Assembly: GCA_965223835.1 (NCBI GenBank)
Contig: CBDCXQ010000001.1
Span: forward strand, 606,845-670,844
Origin: Phototrophicaceae bacterium
GTDB taxonomy: Bacteria > Chloroflexota > Anaerolineae > Aggregatilineales > Phototrophicaceae
DNA: 64,000 nt
Direction of reading: 5' to 3'
The position numbers were made by a program, and so were the translations under genes. Shown here one piece after another: positions 45,151-53,921 of this stretch; the stretch's first letter is position 1, and each line of letters opens with the position of its first letter. Under the pieces are notes generated by a model. That model was not told where the DNA came from and ran no database searches. It was given only the letters and a program-made list of their open reading frames with translations.

Positions 45151-47019
45151 ATGCAGTTTAACCTGAAGGCTCCCGGACACATAGTATTAATAGGGTTGCT
45201 GGCCCAACTTTGGCTGTTCGTCCTTGTCTGGCAGCATACCAGCGAAAATGGCGTTATTTTAGGTCGATTTTCCAGAGGTTATGGTATTTTTGTCGGCCTG
45301 TTTATTGTCACCCTTTGTCTGTGGTGTGGAGCATTGATCTGGCAGCGACGATTTTCAGCGTTGCTTTATGCTGTGCCCCGGCAGTTGTTATTCCCCCTGA
45401 TCGTTTTCAGTGGGGGTGGGCTAGTCTGCTGGTTTACCTCTATCGAGATTACGATCAAGCTTTTTTTTAGCCTGAACTGGTTGTTGTTCGTATTGTTGCT
45501 CCTGCCCATGATTGATGTTGACCAGCCGGTGCGCCTGGAGCGCTGGGTTATTTTGGGCGTCCTATTATTATTGCCCATCATCCTTATTGCTTCGCTGGCA
45601 ACGCAAGGTTACTTCCCTGATGAAGCTGGCTGGGCAGAACGGGCGCGTAATCTCTATTGGCTGGGTGGAGCCTATAAACTCACCCGCCTTCAGGAACCGT
45701 TTTTAATAACGCCAGGTTACGGCTGGTTCCTTGCCCCATATGGCTGGTTATTGCATCATGTTGCGTTCAGCTACCATGTCGGTCGGGTGTGGATTTTTGT
45801 TGCAAATTTGCTGGGTGTTATCGGTGTTGGCTTGCTCACAGGACGCTTATATGGACGGCGGGCTGCGCTTATCAGTGCCGGGTTTGCGATGTTGAGTCTC
45901 TCGGTCTTCCCGATTTATGATTTCAAAGCCAATTTTCAACTAAAGGCAATTGCCCCATATATTATTTTCGCTGCGGTCCAGAGCCGGTTATCGTTGCATC
46001 CAACGCGTTATATATGGCATGGAATCTGTGGGTTGTTGATGTTCCTGGCAATGCAATTGCACGCTGCCGCTATCGCCTATGTGCTGGGGTTGGGCGTCTT
46101 TTATGCCGGTGAATATCTGGTTCAGGTTGTGCAGGCACGCAAACTCGTGGACGTGCGCCCGATCCTGGCCTTTGGCACCGGTGCGTCAATTGGTTTGGTG
46201 ATTTTCATCATTTTTAATGTATTGAGTATAGGCGGATTCGCAGTATATCTTGAACATTTGTCGAGCAATCGTTTTGGTAATAGCACGATTGACTGGTCGC
46301 GCTTCTTACAATGGCCGTCATTGCTGGAAAGGATCATCATTTTTGCGGCGCTAGCTTATATCATTGCTCGGCGAAATCAACAGGATCGACTGTTACTGAT
46401 TCTACTATCATTAATTATTGGGTTCAATTTTGCCACCGATAGCTTCGGCTACACCGCGACTTATCAAATGCTATATTTCGTGCCGGTTGGTGCCTTGCTG
46501 GTAACCGGGATCATCCGTTTGGCACAGCCAAAAGCCTGCGATTTGTTCGTTACGGGCTTCAGCTTAGCCTTATTATTGGTCCTGACTCTGCAACTTTACT
46601 CAGAATTCTTATCAAGTAATGATGTTCGGGCAACATTGCGAAACGGCATGTTACCTGAGCATGTCTATGTAGTGATGGGTGAAGCCTTGGACCCTATTCT
46701 GCGACCCAATGATGTCATTGTCAGCGAACCCGACCTGATCTGGGGCTTGCCATCCTATCGTAATCGCCTCTACAGCTATGGGTTACCTACACAGGAGTAC
46801 GAACAAATGGGCTATGCTAGTGAGGCGGCAGTGTGGTCCGAAATTGCACCAACTATTCTTGTGGATACTGAGCGTATTTTTTATGACGTTAATTTACTTA
46901 ATTATCTGACAAGCACTAACTTCCGTGAGTGCGAACGCTTCCCTGACTTGATGACGATATACCGCCCTGATTGTGACGGGCCAGTATTCAACCTGGATCT
47001 GCGGGGTGTTAATCAATAA
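45151..47019 (+). CDS. GT-C fold membrane glycosyltransferase (GT39/ArnT-like), paralog A
   Basis: More than 10 TM segments and a first-loop motif GYFPDEAGWAERARN. The start is uncertain (45073, 45115 or 45151). Confidence 0.6.
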   Translation: MQFNLKAPGHIVLIGLLAQLWLFVLVWQHTSENGVILGRFSRGYGIFVGLFIVTLCLWCGALIWQRRFSALLYAVPRQLLFPLIVFSGGGLVCWFTSIEITIKLFFSLNWLLFVLLLLPMIDVDQPVRLERWVILGVLLLLPIILIASLATQGYFPDEAGWAERARNLYWLGGAYKLTRLQEPFLITPGYGWFLAPYGWLLHHVAFSYHVGRVWIFVANLLGVIGVGLLTGRLYGRRAALISAGFAMLSLSVFPIYDFKANFQLKAIAPYIIFAAVQSRLSLHPTRYIWHGICGLLMFLAMQLHAAAIAYVLGLGVFYAGEYLVQVVQARKLVDVRPILAFGTGASIGLVIFIIFNVLSIGGFAVYLEHLSSNRFGNSTIDWSRFLQWPSLLERIIIFAALAYIIARRNQQDRLLLILLSLIIGFNFATDSFGYTATYQMLYFVPVGALLVTGIIRLAQPKACDLFVTGFSLALLLVLTLQLYSEFLSSNDVRATLRNGMLPEHVYVVMGEALDPILRPNDVIVSEPDLIWGLPSYRNRLYSYGLPTQEYEQMGYASEAAVWSEIAPTILVDTERIFYDVNLLNYLTSTNFRECERFPDLMTIYRPDCDGPVFNLDLRGVNQ

Positions 47020-48005
47020 TTTACCTGGCGCAAATCGTCGACCAGCAAACCCAGTCGGTATTTGCGCCACAACATGTAAAACAGATGCCAGGTCCGGCCA
47101 TTAAAGTATTGACGTACTTGGCGGATCAAGCCGACCGTAAGGCGTTTTCGCTTGAGTTGGTGAATATAATCTTCAGATACGATTTCCCCATTTTTGTCAG
47201 GTTGATAACCCATCGTTTGCATCAAATCTCCACAAATCTCTTCGACGAGTGCGATGTCTTGAGCAGTCAGATGTTGCCGCCATGCCTCAATCCGGTCTGG
47301 TTGGGGTGGCCGGTTTAAGTTCTGGTGAATCGAGGCGTGATACTTACCATAGTCCTGCCCGGATGTTTCATGGTAGGTGAGCATAGCATCGTCATAGATT
47401 AGACCTAAAAAGTCACACACGACGCGCAGGGCTGTTCTGGGTGTTTTGACCAGATCTTCATACTTAATTTCGAGCACAGAGTTCGGATAGCGTTGCTTCA
47501 AATCGTAACCGGCCTGGACATCGCGCAGCCAGCGTTGAGCACCGAAATAGGTGTTACTATGATGCACATTCGAGCGCGTAAGCGAGGCCGCAACCGCTCT
47601 TGGATCACGAATCAAATGAATGAAGCGGGCGGCGGGGTAGGTGTTTTTGAGCAGATCGCCATAACGAATAAAACGTGGTGTCTTTTGGCCCCAGATGTGT
47701 TTGCCATTTTTGTGGGCATATTGTTCGTGCAAGTAAGTCAGTAAGTTGGCTACGGTGCGCTGTGGCACTAAATCTTGTAAAGTTATGTCAATCTGCCATT
47801 CTTGAAACTCAGATTCCTGTAACACTAGCTTTTGAAAACGTTCAATCGGGCGGTTATTCGCCGCCCGCAAATAATCAATCATGAACAATGACTCGACTGG
47901 GATGGCTACCGCCGGGTGGTTATTCAGCATGGTTCGCAACAGAGTCGTTCCTGAACGCGCACAGCCGACGATAAAAATTGGCTCGACATTCATCAAATCA
48001 GTCAT
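47013..48005 (-). CDS. Sulfotransferase-family protein
   Basis: PAPS 5'-PSB-like loop IFIVGCARSGTTLLRTML and 3'-PB-like motif FIHLIRDPRAVAASL. ATG 48005 is preceded by GAGGAA and overlaps the GT2 stop by 8 nt. Confidence 0.8.
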   Translation of the reverse strand: MTDLMNVEPIFIVGCARSGTTLLRTMLNNHPAVAIPVESLFMIDYLRAANNRPIERFQKLVLQESEFQEWQIDITLQDLVPQRTVANLLTYLHEQYAHKNGKHIWGQKTPRFIRYGDLLKNTYPAARFIHLIRDPRAVAASLTRSNVHHSNTYFGAQRWLRDVQAGYDLKQRYPNSVLEIKYEDLVKTPRTALRVVCDFLGLIYDDAMLTYHETSGQDYGKYHASIHQNLNRPPQPDRIEAWRQHLTAQDIALVEEICGDLMQTMGYQPDKNGEIVSEDYIHQLKRKRLTVGLIRQVRQYFNGRTWHLFYMLWRKYRLGLLVDDLRQVNY

Positions 48006-48987
48006 TGGTTTCCTCGGCCAGGTTTGGAGTTGCAACATGTAGCTTACGGACTGTGCTCAATGGATCGGTTTGTTCCTGTTTAGATTGGACGATAAGTTCT
48101 CCAATCAGGCCGGTGGTTAGTAATTGCAGGCCCACAAGCATTAGCAAGATGCCCAACAACAGCGCCGGACGATCACCGAGCGGGCGAATTCCCCGGAACC
48201 ACTCCAACGCGAGCATTGTATTGATCACAAAACCAATAAACATAAACAAGCCGCCGATGGATCCGAACAGGTGCAGCGGACGGCGACCATAGCGGCTGAG
48301 GAATAGTACGGTAATCAGATCGAGGCCACCACGTAATAGTCGGCCTGTACCGTACTTCGATTTTCCGAATTGACGCGGATGATGGATAACCGGTAGTTCG
48401 GTTACGCGGAAACCATCTAAATAAGCGATTACTGGGACATAGCGGTGCATATCACCATAAATGCGCAGACTCCGGGCACAATCCCCAGAAAATACTTTGA
48501 GGCCGCTGTTCATATCATGGAGGTAAAGCCCGCTCAACCAACTGGTGATCGTATTGGCGATTTTCGATGGCAGGCGTTTTGAAAAAGGATCCTGACGATC
48601 TTGTTTCCAACCGGTAACAATATCATAACCTTCAGCGAGTTTATCCAAGAGCCGGGGAATCTCATTGGGTTCGTCCTGTAAATCAGAATCCATTGTGGCA
48701 ATATTTTGGCCCTGTGCCAGCGCAAAACCGGTCATTAGAGCGACGCTTTTGCCATAGTTGCGGCGCTGCACAGCCAATTTTACTCGGTCATCCTGATTAA
48801 CCAACGCGCGCAATATTTCAGTTGACCCATCGTTGCTCCCGTCATCAACGTAAATAATTTCCCACGAAGTTTGCAAATCAGTCAACATAGTTAACACGTT
48901 TTCATGCAAGAGTGTCAAACTTTCCTGCTCATTATAGACCGGCATGACGATAGAAATATCAACTGACAGGTCTACTTCTGGCTTCAT
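47998..48987 (-). CDS. GT2 polyprenol-phosphate glycosyltransferase (GtrB/ArnC/DPM1-like, C-terminal TM helices)
   Basis: ISIVMPVYNE, IIYVDDGSNDGS and MDSDLQDEP (DxD), plus two C-terminal TM helices. ATGA overlap with the upstream gene. Confidence 0.85.
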   Translation of the reverse strand: MKPEVDLSVDISIVMPVYNEQESLTLLHENVLTMLTDLQTSWEIIYVDDGSNDGSTEILRALVNQDDRVKLAVQRRNYGKSVALMTGFALAQGQNIATMDSDLQDEPNEIPRLLDKLAEGYDIVTGWKQDRQDPFSKRLPSKIANTITSWLSGLYLHDMNSGLKVFSGDCARSLRIYGDMHRYVPVIAYLDGFRVTELPVIHHPRQFGKSKYGTGRLLRGGLDLITVLFLSRYGRRPLHLFGSIGGLFMFIGFVINTMLALEWFRGIRPLGDRPALLLGILLMLVGLQLLTTGLIGELIVQSKQEQTDPLSTVRKLHVATPNLAEETND

Positions 48988-49934
48988 GAAACAGATCCTT
49001 TTCTGTTTTCAAGCAGCGATAAGCCGAATGTGAAAGAAATGTGGATTCCCTCTGCTAGCATCCACCACAGCCGGGACAGTACACTAATCAAGATCGCTAC
49101 ACTTTCGCCCGCCAGCGGTGTAAAGAACGCTAAAATGACGAGTTCGCGGATGCCTAATCCGCCAGGGGCGATAATGACGAGAAAGCCAGTGACCCACGCC
49201 AATGAATAAATAAAAAAGGCCTGAGTCAGCCTGATTTGCTCAGCGGTGATAAAGGTCAAAGCGACGAAATAAAAGCCTAGATTGATAAACACCCAACCAA
49301 TCAGCGCCAGTCCAGTAAGGCCTATGGTTGCCCAGTAGCGTCGCGCCCCTAGTTGATTAATGATTGTCAGCATTTGTGTCGCCAATGGTAGTCGCACCTG
49401 GATGAGAAGTTGCCAGAACCAACGAGCCTGAGTCAGCCAGGTCAGCAGCAGCAGCGCAATCGCCAACCCCAATAAGCGGCGGTGGTTATCATCACTCATA
49501 GCAACATCAGAACTCAACACCAGAAAGATACCGGTTAGCAAAATAATGAGTGTTTCCCATATGATGACCGCTGCACTTAACAATGCTGGCATGCCGTTAA
49601 GCGTATACATGCTGCCGCGTGTGGCAAATTGCCAGACCCCCCCAGGGATGTATTTAGAGAGTTGGGATACAAACCAGAATCGATACGATTGGATAACGGT
49701 GATGGGGTAGCGTAGGGTGTCATGGGCAACTTTGCCAGACATTGACCGAAAAAACAGTCCGACAAGCAAAAAGCAACAGGCGATCAAAAAGTTGGGCCAC
49801 TGGGCCGAACGATAGATAGTTTGCCAGTTATTCTGTTGCAAGAGCCGCTGAAATGTTGTGATAAAGAACAGAGCAGCAATGAGCCATCCCAGCCATTTTA
49901 GTCTGCGTTTCCAGTTTTTTCGCATACCAACCAT
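48984..49934 (-). CDS. Flippase-like / LPG-synthase-TM (UPF0104) family membrane protein
   Basis: About 8 TM segments, a basic N-terminus MRKNWKRRLKW, and IAPGGLGIRE near the C-terminus, typical of this family. Confidence 0.55.
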   Translation of the reverse strand: MVGMRKNWKRRLKWLGWLIAALFFITTFQRLLQQNNWQTIYRSAQWPNFLIACCFLLVGLFFRSMSGKVAHDTLRYPITVIQSYRFWFVSQLSKYIPGGVWQFATRGSMYTLNGMPALLSAAVIIWETLIILLTGIFLVLSSDVAMSDDNHRRLLGLAIALLLLTWLTQARWFWQLLIQVRLPLATQMLTIINQLGARRYWATIGLTGLALIGWVFINLGFYFVALTFITAEQIRLTQAFFIYSLAWVTGFLVIIAPGGLGIRELVILAFFTPLAGESVAILISVLSRLWWMLAEGIHISFTFGLSLLENRKGSVS

Positions 49935-50096
49935 GCTAACTCCTTCATGCCGGGAACCTTACCATAATTAGATCAGAATTCAATTGCCTACGGGTTCTTA
50001 TTGCAAACTGGAAGGCAGGATTATCATTTGTAAGGGCATCCTGTATAGTTGGCACCAGTCAGGTTTGTAAATCTTTTCTGATTCTTTGAGGCGTAA

Positions 50097-52004
50097 ATGC
50101 ATCAATATCGAAGACTGCTTCATTGGTGGTTAATTATTCCGTTAATGCTTTTCGTAGCTACAGTTGGAGTAATGAACTTAGACAGTGATCACATCTGGAT
50201 TGATGAGCTATCTTCAATTGGCAATATCGGCTGGCTGGCCGGGGACCAATACAATCCGATAGAGGTTATCCAATCGGTTGCTGCCAAAAGCCCGGCGCAT
50301 CTTCCTGGTTATTTTATCTTATTAAGTATATGGTCTACTTTTACCGGGTGGTCACCGTTTACACTGCGGGCGTTCTCGCTGTTGCTGGGTTTGCTTGCTA
50401 TAGCCGTCACCTATCAATGTGGCCGTGTGTGGCTGCCGAAACGCACTGGCTTGTATCCAGCCCTTGTGATCGGGTGGAGCGCATATTTCATTTACTATAC
50501 GCATGAATTGCGTATGTATACGCAGTTAGCATTCTTTGTAGCCCTGACGTTATGGGTATATGGTCGAGTTGTCTGGCAAAAACAGCATTCAACGCTGAAC
50601 TGGCTCCTGCTGTTTTCCAGTACACTCGGATTGATCTACACCCATGTTTTTGGGCTGCTGTTGGTGGCGAGTATCGGTATCTATCATTTGATTGTTGAAG
50701 CTAAGAATCGGCATTGGCTTTATGTAGCGGTTGTGATGGGCAGTGCCGGGATGCTCTTTTTACCCTGGTTGACCGTATTATTGTATGGGGCTGAGCGCAA
50801 TGCTGGTTGGATTCCGCGCAATTCTACGCTAAGTCCGATTGGTATTTTACAGACCCAACTTCGGCTGTTCAGCAATGATCAGACTGGCTTCATGCTGATT
50901 ATGGTCGCTCTGGCAATTGTCGGTTTATTTATTTTCCAGCGGTCAGCCTACCGACTGTGGCTGATTTTTATCATAACATTTGTAATCGTGGTCATTTTCA
51001 ATGTCATTATGCCATCGCTGCCCCCAGGACGGGTGCGTTATCTGATGATTTTCTGGCCGTTATTAGCTCTGTTGGTTGGTCTCGGCCTAGAAACTATCCA
51101 GCAGCTTGGCTCGGTTCGGTGGGCATTAGCTGTATTGACCTTATGGTTAGCATTTGGCGTTGCAACCTTTAGCGATCCGGAAGCTCAACCCCAGAAATCT
51201 AGTGTTCGATCCAGCCGGTTCCCACCATTTAATCGCATCATTAGCGCCATGAAGCCCATAGCATTCTCCAATGATTTGCTCATCAGCTTTTCTGATACAA
51301 ATGCTTATGAGCCTGGGAAATTTAATAGCATAGGCGAGTTTTATCTGGGACCGCTCGCGGGTGATCTCAATTTGGTGCGACTGGATAAAGTTTTGGCGGA
51401 TGATGATGAGCAGCAGCTTTTACTCGATAAGATCGGTTCTCGGGTGACTGTGTGGCTTGTTTCAGAACCGGACCTGGCGCCTGATGTTGTCGACCTTTAC
51501 CGGGAAACCATGACCCAGGATTTTACTTTGTGTGATGTACCAATAGACGATAGTGAACTGCGCATCGAACGTTATGATATTGATTGGTTCGAGTGTGCGA
51601 GTCGGGTGCTACCATCTGAGACTTTAGCTAAATTTGGAGCGGACATCACCCTGCACGACATCAAATTGTTTTCTAGAGTGGATAACCGATTAGAGATTGC
51701 CAGCGCCTGGTCAGTTGGGGATTCAATTCCACCGGAGACCTTTTCGGTTTCGTTCAAGTTGTGGCAAGATGGACCCGACCATTTGGCCCTGACCGATTTC
51801 GGCTTGCGGTATCCGGGTGAAAGCTGGTACAGCGCTACTATGTTGTCCGATAATTTAGCAAATGGAACTTATCGCCTGACAGTGACCGTCTACAATTGGA
51901 AAACTGGCGAACGGTTAGCCGGTGTTTATGGTGATGTGGTTGCGAGCGAAATCCCTGTTATGGAATTTCGGCTACCGCTTGATGAGGTGTTTCGGGCTGG
52001 TTGA
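50097..52004 (+). CDS. GT-C fold membrane glycosyltransferase, paralog B (low GC)
   Basis: First-loop motif HIWIDELSSIGNIG, then HLPGYFILLSIW and YTHELRMYTQLAF. The C-terminal soluble domain ends in GTYRLTVTVYNWKTGERL. Confidence 0.65.
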   Translation: MHQYRRLLHWWLIIPLMLFVATVGVMNLDSDHIWIDELSSIGNIGWLAGDQYNPIEVIQSVAAKSPAHLPGYFILLSIWSTFTGWSPFTLRAFSLLLGLLAIAVTYQCGRVWLPKRTGLYPALVIGWSAYFIYYTHELRMYTQLAFFVALTLWVYGRVVWQKQHSTLNWLLLFSSTLGLIYTHVFGLLLVASIGIYHLIVEAKNRHWLYVAVVMGSAGMLFLPWLTVLLYGAERNAGWIPRNSTLSPIGILQTQLRLFSNDQTGFMLIMVALAIVGLFIFQRSAYRLWLIFIITFVIVVIFNVIMPSLPPGRVRYLMIFWPLLALLVGLGLETIQQLGSVRWALAVLTLWLAFGVATFSDPEAQPQKSSVRSSRFPPFNRIISAMKPIAFSNDLLISFSDTNAYEPGKFNSIGEFYLGPLAGDLNLVRLDKVLADDDEQQLLLDKIGSRVTVWLVSEPDLAPDVVDLYRETMTQDFTLCDVPIDDSELRIERYDIDWFECASRVLPSETLAKFGADITLHDIKLFSRVDNRLEIASAWSVGDSIPPETFSVSFKLWQDGPDHLALTDFGLRYPGESWYSATMLSDNLANGTYRLTVTVYNWKTGERLAGVYGDVVASEIPVMEFRLPLDEVFRAG

Positions 52005-52058
52005 TGATTATACAGATCCGTAATAGTAATTCGGTTAAAAAACCGTGCTGAATGTTGA

Positions 52059-53921
52059 TTGATGTCTTTCTATGAGCGAAATTCCTGGTTGTGGTTGATA
52101 CCGGCATTGCTGTTGGTCACGGGCCTGGCAGCACGCAATTTGAACGATTTGCTTTGGGTGGACGAAGTGTTCTCCATTGGCAATATCGGTGGGTATCAGG
52201 GACCACCCTATAATCCGGCGCAAGTGTGGGAAGCGCTCAGTCAGAATAGCCCGCAGCATGTCCCCGGCTACTTTTTCTTGCTGAGTGGCTGGGCGGGGTT
52301 GGTGGGCTGGACACCACTGGCATTACGGACGTTTTCGTTGTTCTGGGGCTTGCTGGCGATAGTCTGGACGTATCGTGTTGGCACGGATTGGGCCGGATCC
52401 CAGGTGGGCCTGTTTGCCGCCTTCATTCTGAGCAGCAGCGCGTTTTTCATCCACTTTATGCACGAACTTCGCATGTACTCGTTGCTGGCGTTCCTGACAA
52501 TTTTCACCATCTGGATTTATTGGCGGGTTGTCACACGAATCGGCCCCGTGCGTCGCTGGGAATGGCTGACATTATTTGGCGGTGCGCTGGCACTACTTTA
52601 TTCGCAATTGTTCGGCGCGATTCCATTGGGGGCGATTGGCTTCTATCACCTGCTGTTCGTGCGCAAAGACCGGCGCTGGTGGCTGGTCGCCGTGTTGCTG
52701 GGGGTCGTCGGCGCCTCCCTGCTGCCCTGGGTGCAGGTTTTGCTGCAGGGGGTCAGAAATATTGGTCTGGCGGAAACGCCGCTGGCAGTCCCGGCAATTT
52801 TCGCAGCGCTGGTGCATTTGTTTGGTAACGGCAATGGGGTGCTGGTGGGGGTGTTGGCATTGGCCGGGGTGCTGGCTTGGCGATGGCAGGGCGCACGAGC
52901 TATCTGGTTTTTTGTGCTTGTGACCTTTGTCCTGACCCTGATTGCGAACGAAATTCGCCCCATGATTAGTACGGGTCGCACGCGTTACTTGATCCATCTC
53001 TGGCCGCTGCTGGCGCTGTTGTGTGGGCTGGGGCTGGCGTGGTTGGCTCGGCGGCGCTGGTTGGCGGCTTTGCTGCTGGGGGCATGGCTGGTCGTCGGCC
53101 TCAACAACACGCTGGACCCGAATTTCATGATTGAGAGCGATGGTCCCCGTTATGTAAAGGATTACCCACCGTTGCGCACCATCATGGCAGAAGTTAACCC
53201 GCGCGCCACGCCCGATGATCTGCTGGTCGTTTTCTCGCGTCAGTGGCATGTCTTTAACTTGTTCCGCTTTTTTACGATTGGTGAATATCATTTACAGCCG
53301 TTGCGCAGCGCCGATTACTTCATTACTCTGCCAGAAACCCGCGCAGCGGAAGTCATCCGGGATGAACTGCGGACCGCGCTTGGTACCCGCCTGACGGTGT
53401 GGCTGGCCTATGAACCCCAGATTCCGGCGGCAGAATTGACTCGCTACCGGGACATTCTGAGTGAAGATTATAATTGGTGTGCGACGCCGGTTGAGCGTCC
53501 AGATCTCACGATTGAGCGCTATGGACTGGCAAGCATTGGGTGCCTGGACCCGACTACGCGTGATGCGGTTTTGCTGAATTATCCGTCGGGGATTCAACTC
53601 CATGCGGTTGAACACGCCGTTGCCGACGAGCTTCAAGTTGCGTTGAGTTGGTCCGTTGCTGAGACGGTACCGGTGAATACCTATTCGGTCTCGCTCAAAC
53701 TGTGGGATACCGCCGATAATTTTGTTGCGCAACGCGATGTGAGTTTGCCAGCCGCCGGCTCGCAGTGGCAACTGGTGACGATGACAATTGAAGAGTTGCC
53801 GGCGGGCGATTATACCTTGACGCTCGTTGTCTATGATTGGGCAACGGGTGAACGCCTCGTGGCACAGGGGGCGGCAGCGCAGAGCGCGGAACTGCCCGTG
53901 AGCAGTGTCAAACTCTCATGA
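52059..53921 (+). CDS. GT-C fold membrane glycosyltransferase, paralog C (high GC)
   Basis: LLWVDEVFSIGNIGG, HVPGYFFLLSGW and FMHELRMYSLLAF. The C-terminal domain has YSVSLKLWD and GDYTLTLVVYDWATGERL. Confidence 0.65.
   Translation: MMSFYERNSWLWLIPALLLVTGLAARNLNDLLWVDEVFSIGNIGGYQGPPYNPAQVWEALSQNSPQHVPGYFFLLSGWAGLVGWTPLALRTFSLFWGLLAIVWTYRVGTDWAGSQVGLFAAFILSSSAFFIHFMHELRMYSLLAFLTIFTIWIYWRVVTRIGPVRRWEWLTLFGGALALLYSQLFGAIPLGAIGFYHLLFVRKDRRWWLVAVLLGVVGASLLPWVQVLLQGVRNIGLAETPLAVPAIFAALVHLFGNGNGVLVGVLALAGVLAWRWQGARAIWFFVLVTFVLTLIANEIRPMISTGRTRYLIHLWPLLALLCGLGLAWLARRRWLAALLLGAWLVVGLNNTLDPNFMIESDGPRYVKDYPPLRTIMAEVNPRATPDDLLVVFSRQWHVFNLFRFFTIGEYHLQPLRSADYFITLPETRAAEVIRDELRTALGTRLTVWLAYEPQIPAAELTRYRDILSEDYNWCATPVERPDLTIERYGLASIGCLDPTTRDAVLLNYPSGIQLHAVEHAVADELQVALSWSVAETVPVNTYSVSLKLWDTADNFVAQRDVSLPAAGSQWQLVTMTIEELPAGDYTLTLVVYDWATGERLVAQGAAAQSAELPVSSVKLS

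Noticed and set aside
52593-53291. 232-aa minus-strand ORF, with overlapping 111- and 146-aa ORFs
   Set aside because: They are antisense or out of frame within the GC-rich GT-C paralog C. The Pro/Arg/Gln-rich junk translation is an artefact of high GC.
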